DNA of 64,000 nt from Verrucomicrobiia bacterium (GTDB taxonomy: Bacteria > Verrucomicrobiota > Verrucomicrobiia > CAIQCK01). This document shows positions 1 through 8,885 of the stretch, piece by piece. The stretch's first letter is position 1. Each line of letters starts with the position of its first letter. Both the position numbers and the translations under genes were made by a program. The stretch is from positions 1-64,000 of the forward strand of contig JBAYFL010000008.1 of NCBI GenBank assembly GCA_041667205.1, read 5' to 3'. The notes beneath the pieces are model-generated. The model did no database searches and had not been told where the DNA came from. It worked only from the letters and a program-made list of their open reading frames with translations.

Positions 1-310
1 TCTTTTTCGCGCGGCGCGGCGAAACAAAACAGCTCAACCAACCGCACTGTTTACCCCGACTTCGATCTCACGCTTCAGCCCACCGAAGTTTTCACACAGT
101 CTGGCGCTGCAGCGAACCCGGCGGGGGCGTCGCGGTTGCAATCGTTGCGTCCCATGCGCCGGGTCGCTGAGCTTGGGTCGTTAGACAGTGCCATCTTCCG
201 CATCTGGTGGCCGGAGCTTCTTCCTGGAGTAAACTTTCACGCTTGGCTTGACGCGCTCCACCGGTTTGATGCCCCAGAGCCGGCGGACCTTCGGCGGCGC
301 TGGTCTCTTC

Positions 311-949
311 CTACTCACGACCCAACACGCGCCGGCCTTCGATGCGCAAACGGCCCCCGGCGATCAGCCGCACGGCTTCGGGATAGATGCGGTGTTCCTC
401 GACCTGTATGCGGGCGTGCAGCGTTTGCGCCGTGTCGCTGTCGAGCACGGGCACAGCGGCCTGAACAATGATAGGGCCGCTGTCCACGCCGGCGTCCACG
501 AAGTGAACCGTGCAGCCGGCCACCTTCGCGCCGTAGTCGAGCGCCTGCTTCCATGACTGCAAGCCGGGGAACGCCGGCAACAGCGCGGGGTGGATGTTGA
601 TGACGCAGCCGGAAAACGCCTTCAGGAAATCATCCTTGAGCACGCGCATGAAGCCGGCGAGGCAGACCAGTTCCACGTTGCGCTCGCGTAGCGCGGCGAC
701 GTAACGCTGTTCCACGTCCGGCTCCAGTTTGGTGCGGAACTTGCCCGGCAGAATATAGAGCGCCTCGATGCCGGCCTGCCGCGCGCGGTCGAGGATCTTT
801 GCGTTCTCGACATCACTGATGATGACAGCGATCTCGGCAGGGAAACCGGGCTGGGCGCAGGCATCGAGCAACGCCTGGCAGTTGGTGCCGCTGCCGGAAC
901 CGAGCACACCGAGGCGGAGTTTGCGTTGAGGGGGACTTGTTTGGCTCAT
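311..949 (-). CDS. purN: phosphoribosylglycinamide formyltransferase
   Basis: 212 aa with a full-length formyl_trans_N fold: the N-terminal LGVLGSGSGTN loop, the HPALLPAFPG motif and a C-terminal DAGVDSGPII region match the PurN family. Confidence 0.88.
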   Translation of the reverse strand: MSQTSPPQRKLRLGVLGSGSGTNCQALLDACAQPGFPAEIAVIISDVENAKILDRARQAGIEALYILPGKFRTKLEPDVEQRYVAALRERNVELVCLAGFMRVLKDDFLKAFSGCVINIHPALLPAFPGLQSWKQALDYGAKVAGCTVHFVDAGVDSGPIIVQAAVPVLDSDTAQTLHARIQVEEHRIYPEAVRLIAGGRLRIEGRRVLGRE

Positions 950-979
950 CTGAAATCTCGGACTTGAAATCTCAAATGG

Positions 980-2149
980 TCACGCCAGGCATAACGCCAG
1001 TTCGCGCAGCAGTTCGCGCGAACCGCAAGTCTGAACGCGTTCAATGGCGCGCTTCTCGCGCCGATCCACTTCTTGAAAGCTGATACCGATGAGCCGCGCG
1101 GTTTCTTCGAGTGAATGCGCCACGCCGGCGGCATTGAGGCCGTAACGGAGCACGATCACCTGCCGTTGCTTATCCGTCAGGCACTCAAAAAGCCGCTCCA
1201 GCATCGGCCGGATTTCGCGCTGCGCCAGCGTCTCCGCCGGATGCACAGATCGTTCGTCGCGCGCATCACCGCCGTCCGCCCACGCCGTTTCCAGTGACAC
1301 GCGCTGCGGCATCACTTCCAGCCGGCGCAACCGCGGCAGCGCGTTCACGGGCACATGCACCGGCGCACGCTGGCCTTGCAGGAAGCGGAGCATCGCGCCG
1401 CGAATCCACTCCTGCGCGCATGTCGAGAGCCGGCAGCCGGTGGTGTTGGCGGTCTTGTCAATGGCGTGGAGCAGCGCCATGCAGCCTTCCTGAAACGCGT
1501 CGTGAAACTGGTCCGGCCCCGACGCCATCCGGCCCGCGAGGTCATAGACCAGCCGCACCTGCGCGAAAAACAAATCGGTCTGCGCCGCCTTGTAGCGCGG
1601 ATAGTCGCGCTTGATATGCAACTTGAGCTTGTCGCAGAGCGACACCAACTCGTTCGGCAGCAGCCAGCGCCGGCGCGCGGCGGGGATGTCGTCCTCCGCG
1701 CCGAGTTGGAACAGGATGTGCCGCGCCTGCCGGGCGGTGATGTTGCCGGTGAAACTCTCCAGCACGCCGAGGAGCACGTCCTTCTGCGGTTCCACCAGCA
1801 ACGACTGGATCGCCTGCTCCGCGCTCACGCCCTGACGGCCGCCGCGCAGGTCGCGCAACTGCATTTCGATCAGAACGCTCTGGCGAAACTGCGGCCAGCT
1901 CAGCAACTCGGCGAGGAACCGGCGGTAATGCGCCACCGTTTGCCGCAGGCGCTGCTCGCGGCCGGCGTCGAGCGTCTCCACGGACGCGCCGCTCTCGCGA
2001 ACGTAGCGGATCAGCCGCTCATAACCGTCTGCGCAGCCTGACGCGCCGGTTTCCGGCTGGAGCGCGCCGGTTTCTGGAAGTTCTTGCTTGGTGGTCGCCG
2101 CAATCATACGAAACTGACAAACATTACCCCCAGTGGGCGTTTGTGGCAA
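980..2149 (-). CDS. sigma-70 family RNA polymerase sigma factor (non-ECF, group 2/3-like)
   Basis: 389 aa with recognisable region 2 (DLFFAQVRLVYDLAGRM...FQEGCMALLHAIDK), region 3, and a region 4 HTH (LEETARLIGISFQEVDRREKRAIERV). It is too short to be the primary sigma factor. Confidence 0.7.
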   Translation of the reverse strand: MPQTPTGGNVCQFRMIAATTKQELPETGALQPETGASGCADGYERLIRYVRESGASVETLDAGREQRLRQTVAHYRRFLAELLSWPQFRQSVLIEMQLRDLRGGRQGVSAEQAIQSLLVEPQKDVLLGVLESFTGNITARQARHILFQLGAEDDIPAARRRWLLPNELVSLCDKLKLHIKRDYPRYKAAQTDLFFAQVRLVYDLAGRMASGPDQFHDAFQEGCMALLHAIDKTANTTGCRLSTCAQEWIRGAMLRFLQGQRAPVHVPVNALPRLRRLEVMPQRVSLETAWADGGDARDERSVHPAETLAQREIRPMLERLFECLTDKQRQVIVLRYGLNAAGVAHSLEETARLIGISFQEVDRREKRAIERVQTCGSRELLRELALCLA

Positions 2150-2209
2150 TTTCTTAGTGGCGCCGGACCGCTTTACAGCACGGCGGTCTTGCGTCAGAAT
2201 TCAGTTGTC

Positions 2210-3322
2210 ATGCGGAAGCGAAGTCCATATCGGAGGCGTTGCGGTCGGTGGCTGCGGCTGGCCGGATGGCTGGTCGCAATGGCGTTGCCCTTTGTCCATG
2301 CGGAGCCGCCACCCCTCAAGTTTTCGGACTTCATCACCTCCGCGCAACGGACAGATTCTGCGCCGCGCCTCAAGCCGCTCGACAATCTGGACGTAAACTA
2401 CACCAAAAGCGTGCCCACGCCCGGCCCGGAGGCGATTGCCCGTGGCCAGCGCGATGCCGGCGAAGATGTCTTCAGCGCCATCTATGAACGCCCGCTGGCG
2501 CGCGACCTGGCGTTGCAGGTGGACGGCTCGCTGCGGTTTCCGCAGGAACGCCCGCTCACTGAAACCGGCGTCGCCCAAGGCAATCTGGCGGTGAACAACC
2601 TCACCACGCGCGCGGTTTACGCTGGGACGGACGACTGGTCGCTGAAACCGTTTTACTCGCACACGATGTGGAACCATCAGGAGCGCGCGCAGGCGACGGC
2701 GATGGACCGCGCCGCGAGCAGCCTCGGCATGGACGCCGACTGGCAACTGACCAGCCGCACCAAGCTCACCAGCGGATTGCAGAGCCAGCAGGTGGACTAC
2801 ACAACGTCCGCGTCCAGTTACCGCGCTGACATCGCGTCGTTCGGCGTCGAACAGCAACTGACCGGCAAGCTCAAAGCCGCCGCGAGCGTCGGCACCGAGT
2901 TGCGCGAAGAGTTTACCGGCAAGCGCGCGACCAATCCCAATAACGACCTGAACCTGAGCTACGCACTGCCATACGATGCGACGTTGACCGTCGGCCGCCG
3001 GCAGGCGATTCAGGAAAGCTACCAGCCGGACTTCTACGAGGAGATGAACGAGGCCTACTATTCGCGGCTGAGCCAGCGCGTCCTGCCAAACCTCCAAGTG
3101 GACACCTCCGCCGCGCTGGAATTCGCCGGGCGAAACAGCGCGCTCGCCTCCGCCCTACCCACACGCAATGAGTTCTGGCAGTTTCAGCTCGCGCCGAGCT
3201 ATCAACTGCGCGAGGATTTGAGCGCGCAGATCGGCTACAGCCTGAAGGTTTACACCCTGCCCGCTGTGCCGAACCAGCCGCTCGACAACGCCGTGTTCCT
3301 GAGTTTGAAGCTCACTTACTAA
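2210..3322 (+). CDS. hypothetical secreted/outer-membrane protein
   Basis: Internal ATG at 2210 gives MRKRSPYRRRCGRWLRLAGWLVAMALPFVHA, a signal peptide. The protein ends in an aromatic-terminated beta-strand-like tail (AVFLSLKLTY). No family recognised. The gene is divergent from the sigma gene. Confidence 0.45.
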   Translation: MRKRSPYRRRCGRWLRLAGWLVAMALPFVHAEPPPLKFSDFITSAQRTDSAPRLKPLDNLDVNYTKSVPTPGPEAIARGQRDAGEDVFSAIYERPLARDLALQVDGSLRFPQERPLTETGVAQGNLAVNNLTTRAVYAGTDDWSLKPFYSHTMWNHQERAQATAMDRAASSLGMDADWQLTSRTKLTSGLQSQQVDYTTSASSYRADIASFGVEQQLTGKLKAAASVGTELREEFTGKRATNPNNDLNLSYALPYDATLTVGRRQAIQESYQPDFYEEMNEAYYSRLSQRVLPNLQVDTSAALEFAGRNSALASALPTRNEFWQFQLAPSYQLREDLSAQIGYSLKVYTLPAVPNQPLDNAVFLSLKLTY

Positions 3323-3336
3323 ACCGACGAGGACTT

Positions 3337-3759
3337 ATGGCCGATAAAAACATTCCCGATCTCCAAGCCGTGCTTGTCTGCGAAGATGTCCGGCAGGAGA
3401 TGAACCCCGCCAGCCAGACGCTCGTCGGCGTCGTCAATTGCCTCCAGTCGCCGCAGTTTCCCGTCACGGCGTTCAAGCTGTTCATCTGGGTGCGCTGGTG
3501 CGCCGGGCGCGGCCAGTTCACGCAGCGGGTCCGCCTGCTGACGACCGACGAAGTCACGGTGCTGCGCGAGTCCGACTGCACGTTCCAGCTCGCCGACGAA
3601 CATGTCAGCGTCACCAACGTCACGCTCTTCGGCGGTGTGCAATTCGAGCGGCCCGGTGTTTATTGGGTCGAAGTCCACCTCGACGACGAGTTGAAGATCC
3701 ACTTCCCGTTTCCGGTGGTGCAGATCAAGCAGCCGCCGCAGCCGGCGAAGACGGAGTGA
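3337..3759 (+). CDS. hypothetical protein
   Basis: 140-aa ORF that fits the gap between the outer-membrane candidate and the carbonic anhydrase. No recognisable motif. Confidence 0.4.
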   Translation: MADKNIPDLQAVLVCEDVRQEMNPASQTLVGVVNCLQSPQFPVTAFKLFIWVRWCAGRGQFTQRVRLLTTDEVTVLRESDCTFQLADEHVSVTNVTLFGGVQFERPGVYWVEVHLDDELKIHFPFPVVQIKQPPQPAKTE

Positions 3760-3771
3760 ACCAGACTCGCG

Positions 3772-4614
3772 CTAGAAGTTGCGGCGCGGTCTGTTCCTGA
3801 ATGGGGAAATCACCGGCGGACGTTTCGGCGCGGGAGCGTGGGGAGGCTTTTCTTCCACCAACCGGACTTTCGGCGGCGATTCGAGAGTGAGCACCTCGAC
3901 GACCTTGGCGTCCTTCACCGACCAACCCGTGACCGGCTCCGCTTCGCCAATCTTCGTTTCGGACGGCTTCTTCTCTCCGGCATCAGGCTCTGGCGATGCG
4001 AAGGCGGTCTGCATCGTCGAGTTCTGCACGTTGATGGCTTCGGCGAACTGCGCAGCGGCCGCGTCGAGCACCTGGTAGCCGTTCACCAGCCACTCCAGTC
4101 GGCCCGATTGAATGTCCACCAGCAATCCATGCACCGGAGTCTTCGGCCCAATGATCGGGCTGTGGCGGACGAAATCCACGGCCTTCATCACGTTCTGGCG
4201 CTCGCTGGCGAAGACGCCGAAGAACTCGACGAGATTGTCCGGCAACTTTGACCGGTTCACGCCGAGAGCGTTGAAGCGTTCGGTGAGTTGGAGCACGGTG
4301 GTCTGTCCGGCGCGGCAATCGGTGTGGCCGATGACGGCGATTTCCTTCCCGCCTTTCACCACGCAAGCCAGCGCCAACGAACGGATCGTGCTGCTCATCG
4401 AGCCGGTGATGATGTTGCCCGCGTTGCGCAGCCAGATGAACTGTTCTTCCGGCAGGCCGAGCACCTCCGGCATCAGCGGGTTCAGCCGCGGGTCAATGCA
4501 CGTCAGTGCCACCACCGGCAGCGCTTCTGCGAAGTCCGCCACATGCACACCGGCGCGCTTATCGCCGGCCGCGGCGCGGTGGTTGGCATCCAGGATGGTT
4601 TCGAAGAGACGCAT
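3772..4614 (-). CDS. beta-class carbonic anhydrase with Pro/Lys-rich C-terminal extension
   Basis: Zinc ligand motifs CIDPRL and GHTDCRAG lie in the first 110 aa. Roughly 80 aa of low-complexity tail follows (PPKVRLVEEKPPHAPAPKRPP). Confidence 0.8.
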   Translation of the reverse strand: MRLFETILDANHRAAAGDKRAGVHVADFAEALPVVALTCIDPRLNPLMPEVLGLPEEQFIWLRNAGNIITGSMSSTIRSLALACVVKGGKEIAVIGHTDCRAGQTTVLQLTERFNALGVNRSKLPDNLVEFFGVFASERQNVMKAVDFVRHSPIIGPKTPVHGLLVDIQSGRLEWLVNGYQVLDAAAAQFAEAINVQNSTMQTAFASPEPDAGEKKPSETKIGEAEPVTGWSVKDAKVVEVLTLESPPKVRLVEEKPPHAPAPKRPPVISPFRNRPRRNF

Positions 4615-4640
4615 GGCGTCGGCGCGTTCTCAGCGACGGC

Positions 4641-6170
4641 TCAACTCGCTTTCTTATCGCTCTCGTCCTTCTCCATCGCTTTCCTCAGCGCCGGCACCTG
4701 CTCCAGCAGTTTCTCGAACTTGACGCCGGTGAGGCTCTCGATCACGGGCGGCAATTGGCTGATGATGGTGGTCACGTCGCTGGTGAGTTTGCTCGCGCCA
4801 CCGCCGGGGCCGTTGCCGGCGTTGATGATGACCATCTTCTCGGTCTTGGCCAGCGGCTCGCTGATCTTGCCGGCCACGGCCGGGAGGATTTCGACGATCA
4901 TCTGGATGACGGCGGCTTCGTTGTATTGCTTGAACGACTCCGCCTTGAAGCGCATCGCCTCGGCGGTCGCCTTGCCTTGCGCTTCGATGACGTCGGCTTG
5001 GGCCAAGCCGCGCGCCTTGTTCGCGTCGGCCTCGGCGATACCGGTGGCCTTGACGACGTCGGCGCTGGCGAAACCGGTCGCCTTCGTGGCGGACGCGGCG
5101 CCGGCGGCTTCGGTTTCGAGCTGGAATTTCCGCGCATTGGCGAGCGTCTCGACTTTGTAGCGCTCAGCGTCGGCGGGCTTCTGCACCACCGCTTCGAGTT
5201 CCTTCTGCTTGCGCTGGATTTCCTGCTGCTGTAGCTCGATCTGCTTCTGTTTCTCGATGATGCTGACCTGCACTTCCTCGGCCTTCACCAACTGGCCGGT
5301 CTTGAACTTCTGCAAATCGTAGGCGAGGTCGGCCTCGGCTTTCTTCTGGTTCACCGCGGCTTGATACATGGCGACGTTGGATTGATAGTCGCGCTGCGCC
5401 TCGGCGATCTTGGTGTCGGCGGCAAACTTCGCCTCCTGGCCGGCCTGCTGGGCTTGCGCGGAACGGATCATCGAGTCCCGGTCGGCTTCGGCCTGCGCGA
5501 TGATGGCGTCGCGTTTGACCTGCGCGATGCGCGGCTTGCCGAGTGCGTCGAGGTAGCCCTGCGTGTCTCGAATGTCGCGGATGGTGAAGCTGACGATGCC
5601 GAGGCCCATGTTGGCCATGTCGCCGGCGGCCACCTCCTGCACCTTCGAGGCAAACGCGTCGCGGTTCTGGTAGATTTCCTCCACCGTCATCGTGCCGAGA
5701 ATGGCGCGCAAGTGACCCTCTAGCGTCTGCATCGCGATGTTCTTGATGTCCTCGGTGCGTTTGCTCAGGAACTGCTCCGCGGCGGTGGCGATGGAGACGT
5801 CGTCGCCCTTGACCTTGATCTGCGCCACGCCGTCCACCTTCACCGGCACGCCCTTGCTCGTGTAAACCTCCGGCGTCTGCACATCTATGGTGAGCAACTC
5901 CAGCGAGAGCACGTCGGCTTTCTCAATGACCGGGATGATGAACGTGCCGCCGCCCTTGACGATGCGGAAGCCGCGCGAACTGATTTTGCCATCCGGGTCC
6001 GTCACGCGATACTTGCGGCCGGAGATGATCATCACCTCATTCGGGCCGACCTTCGTGTAGCGGCTGGCCCAGACGGTGCCGAAGACAAAGATGACGATGA
6101 CAAGCCCGACGATGGCGACGGCGGCAAACCCCGCGCCTTCCGGCAGCATGGCGGCAAGTGTTGGTATCAT
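4641..6170 (-). CDS. flotillin / SPFH (band-7) family protein (YqiK/FloT-like)
   Basis: 509 aa: N-terminal TM segment, SPFH domain, then a long coiled-coil region with EA/AEA-rich repeats (KAEADLAYDLQK..., ETEAAGAASATKATG...). Confidence 0.88.
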   Translation of the reverse strand: MIPTLAAMLPEGAGFAAVAIVGLVIVIFVFGTVWASRYTKVGPNEVMIISGRKYRVTDPDGKISSRGFRIVKGGGTFIIPVIEKADVLSLELLTIDVQTPEVYTSKGVPVKVDGVAQIKVKGDDVSIATAAEQFLSKRTEDIKNIAMQTLEGHLRAILGTMTVEEIYQNRDAFASKVQEVAAGDMANMGLGIVSFTIRDIRDTQGYLDALGKPRIAQVKRDAIIAQAEADRDSMIRSAQAQQAGQEAKFAADTKIAEAQRDYQSNVAMYQAAVNQKKAEADLAYDLQKFKTGQLVKAEEVQVSIIEKQKQIELQQQEIQRKQKELEAVVQKPADAERYKVETLANARKFQLETEAAGAASATKATGFASADVVKATGIAEADANKARGLAQADVIEAQGKATAEAMRFKAESFKQYNEAAVIQMIVEILPAVAGKISEPLAKTEKMVIINAGNGPGGGASKLTSDVTTIISQLPPVIESLTGVKFEKLLEQVPALRKAMEKDESDKKAS

Positions 6171-6233
6171 ATTCTCGGCTTTCGTTGAGTTGAGCGTTGT
6201 TTCGATGAGTGGGTTGGCGGTGGAAAATCCGGT

Positions 6234-6812
6234 TCAAGAAGCGGCGACGTAAAACTGCGTGCCGACGATGCGAATGATCTTCACGGTCTGTCCGTTGCCG
6301 AACGCCGCGCCGCCTTCGCTGCGGGCCGGCGCGGTGTAACGGCTGCCGCCGTGAATGTAGGCGATCTCACCGACGCCGTTCGCGGCAATCGGCGTGACGA
6401 CCGTGGCCGTCAAGCCGATCACTTGGGCGATCTTCGATTCGCTGGAGCTTTGCGTCCGGCGGAACACCGCACGGAAGAGCCAAAACACGAGCGTTGCAAT
6501 GGCAAACCCGCCCAACGCCGCCACCGGCGCGCTGATCAAGACCGAACTGGTCGCCTCGATCTTCGAGAGAACCATCCCGATGCCGCCGAACGCCGTGATG
6601 AACGAAGCGATCGTGGTGGGGCTGACGGGCGAGAAACCGGGCATGTCGTGCGTGCCGAAGCCCGCCTCGGCATGGCCCTCGGCTCCAAGGGCTTCGTGCC
6701 CGCCCGCGCCCGCATCGTGCCCGCCAAACACGTCCGCCATGAAGGCGCTGACGATGGTGAAAAGCAAACCGACCCCGAAGCAGATGAGATAGACCAAGAA
6801 GACTTTGTCCAT
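6234..6812 (-). CDS. NfeD-like membrane protein (YqiJ-like flotillin partner)
   Basis: Likely start is the internal ATG at 6812 (MDKVFLVYLICFGVGLLF). Multiple TM helices are followed by a C-terminal OB-like domain (GQTVKIIRIVGTQFYV). It sits immediately upstream of the flotillin on the same strand. Confidence 0.7.
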   Translation of the reverse strand: MDKVFLVYLICFGVGLLFTIVSAFMADVFGGHDAGAGGHEALGAEGHAEAGFGTHDMPGFSPVSPTTIASFITAFGGIGMVLSKIEATSSVLISAPVAALGGFAIATLVFWLFRAVFRRTQSSSESKIAQVIGLTATVVTPIAANGVGEIAYIHGGSRYTAPARSEGGAAFGNGQTVKIIRIVGTQFYVAAS

Positions 6813-7216
6813 AGTAACCTCGTTGGCGTGGTTCCGGGCGTAGTTAATGCCTCTCCCTCCCATCAAGCAAGCCCGAAAGCGCCGCCCGCCCTCCCGCACT
6901 CGTTCCGCGCGGCGCAGCGCCCACACACCGCCGCGACTTTTCTGTTGTGCCGCAATCGCCCCGCGCTACACTGCCGCCGAAGCAATCGAAGGAATTATCA
7001 TGGCCGTGCTGATGTCACAACGAGGCTTTAGTGGTTGGTGCAAGCGAATCTCTCCCCGCGTGACACTTTCGACAATTTCTCAACCCCTTTTGCTGCTCAT
7101 CCGCAGCAGTATGGATCACATCCTCGAAACCATTCGAAAGAACCACGCCCACAGTGCCGCGCAGGCAAAGAAGATGTGCTTAATAGCGACCTAGTCAGCG
7201 CACAATCGGAGATAAT

Positions 7217-7912
7217 ATGTCACTCGTCTTAATCATCGTCATCCCCCTCCTCGCAGGGGCATCCTTGTTCGCATTTGCGGTTAGCTGCCGCCAGAAGCGG
7301 GATGCCAGGACTCAAGCCATCAGTCTTGTTGCAAACATCGCGACTATTGTCGGAGTAAGTTTCGCCGTCCTTGCTGTTGTTTACGGTGCCCTTCAGTATG
7401 AGACTTACTTGCGTGAGTTGTCCAAGAAACCGGACATGGAGGTATGCATCTCTCCACGTGTAATTCCTAAGTCTGGATTGATTCGGTATTCCTCACCTTC
7501 TGCACAGTATACAGAGCCAATGAAGATTATCGTAGAAGTCACCAACATCGGGCAAGTCTCAGGTCGAGAAGTGTTGGCCGTGGTGGGCTTCACCCCCAAC
7601 GTGCAAGTTCTAAGCATCGACTACCGCGGTCCTGGTTTTGAAATGCCCACGCAAGGGAAAGCCGTTTTCATGTTATTCAATCACGACGTTCCAATTCTAC
7701 CCGGCGGACCAAGCATGCCTCTCATGGAATTAACGATTAGACTCCAGAGAATGGGACAGGAACGAATTGAGATCGCCCAACTGATGACAAATGTGGAAGG
7801 AAAGCGCTTCAAAATCTATCAGGTATTCCTTGACCCAATCTCAAATAGGTTCAACAACGAAGTTTGCCAATCTGGGCATAAGACCTCCGTGGGGAATTTC
7901 CCATTAGAATGA
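7217..7912 (+). CDS. hypothetical membrane protein encoded on a low-GC islet
   Basis: 231 aa with a GGAGA ribosome-binding site 7 nt upstream. Two N-terminal TM helices, then a soluble domain. The local GC (about 48%) is far below the roughly 65% of the flanks. Confidence 0.55.
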   Translation: MSLVLIIVIPLLAGASLFAFAVSCRQKRDARTQAISLVANIATIVGVSFAVLAVVYGALQYETYLRELSKKPDMEVCISPRVIPKSGLIRYSSPSAQYTEPMKIIVEVTNIGQVSGREVLAVVGFTPNVQVLSIDYRGPGFEMPTQGKAVFMLFNHDVPILPGGPSMPLMELTIRLQRMGQERIEIAQLMTNVEGKRFKIYQVFLDPISNRFNNEVCQSGHKTSVGNFPLE

Positions 7913-8127
7913 CTGAAATTGTTGGGCCATTCGACAGATGAGGCGGCGACGTAGGTTTCCAAAAGTAGTTTTGGGTTCTTAGTATCCGGTCGTCGGATTC
8001 AATTCATGATTCTTAACGAGTTTCAGACCGGTGGCGGCTATCGAAAGCACGTCAGCAATAAGTTTCGTCTGAGGCGCGGGGACGGGAGGCGTGAGGTTTT
8101 GACCTGAGGGTCAATCCAGTCTTGACC

Positions 8128-8448
8128 TCACTTCACGTCAAGCCGGTCCAGCCGCAGGAGAACGGCGCCGAAGTCGAGGACGCGCTGGCCGGGGACGAGG
8201 AAGCAGGCGGGGATGCTGTAGCAGTTGCCATAGCCGCGCCGGAGCATGCCCAACTCCAGCAGGACGGCGCAGTGTTTGCCGATGTTGGTGGCCGGAACAT
8301 GGAGGCGGTTGGAGAGTTCGAGCACCGGCAGGGCCTCGCCTTTGAGGAGTTCGTCGAGGATTCGCCACCGCGTCATGTCCGAAACGGCTGTCAGGAGGCG
8401 TCCCAATGGGATGACGGGTATTTGTCCGGTCGTGGCGGTCGTATTCAT
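8128..8448 (-). CDS. ArsR/winged-helix family transcriptional regulator (putative)
   Basis: 106 aa with a wHTH-like stretch MTRWRILDELLKGEALPVLELSNRLHVPATNIGKHCAVLLELGML. Confidence 0.5.
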   Translation of the reverse strand: MNTTATTGQIPVIPLGRLLTAVSDMTRWRILDELLKGEALPVLELSNRLHVPATNIGKHCAVLLELGMLRRGYGNCYSIPACFLVPGQRVLDFGAVLLRLDRLDVK

Positions 8449-8479
8449 GGCTTTTTCCCTATTTTCCGCAGGATTACAA

Positions 8480-8757
8480 CATATTCCGACGACCTTGGCA
8501 AGCGTTCTACGGGATGGTTGGTTCTTTCGAACAGGTGCGATATTCTTCCTGCCGGGTGGAAAGTTCTTTCTACAGGGTGAGATATTCGTCTTCCAAGATG
8601 GGATATTCTTTCGGACAGGTGTGATATTCCGTCAAACAGGTGGAAGATTCTTTCTATCAGATGTGATATTCTCGCGAACGGGTGTGATGTTCTTTCGGGC
8701 AGGTGGTATATTCCTCCTCACAGATGGGAGAATCTTCCGGACAGGCGGGATATTGTC
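8480..8757. repeat. about 13 tandem copies of a degenerate 19-24 bp direct repeat (period about 21 bp, consensus TATTCTTTCnnACAGGTGnGA)
   Basis: Read directly: ...TATTCTTTCGGACAGGTGTGA TATTCCGTCAAACAGGTGGAAGA TTCTTTCTATCAGATGTGA TATTCTCGCGAACGGGTGTGA... The array is AT-rich and intergenic, between the ArsR-like gene start and the peptidase gene end. Confidence 0.85.
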
Positions 8758-8885
8758 AGTTGGAAGCGTGCCGATTCAACGGCGGAGGTTGAATTCAGTG
8801 ATCGAGGCTGAATCGAAGTCCGTCGCGATTCGCCGCTATGGCCGGACGAACGCCAAGGTTCCCCAGACTTCCCCGCTCTGCCGCG

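Noticed and set aside
136-556. Two overlapping + ORFs (111 and 102 aa) at the left edge. The same + frame is open from position 1.
   Set aside because: They overlap purN antisense and carry no motif. Region 1-310 may hold the tail of a gene entering from outside the window, but I could not identify it.
4288-5234. + strand ORFs of 290 and 242 aa antisense to the flotillin gene
   Set aside because: Antisense to a gene with a strong SPFH/coiled-coil signature.
8480-8757. Possible CRISPR array
   Set aside because: The repeats abut one another with no intervening spacers, the units are degenerate, and no cas genes are present.
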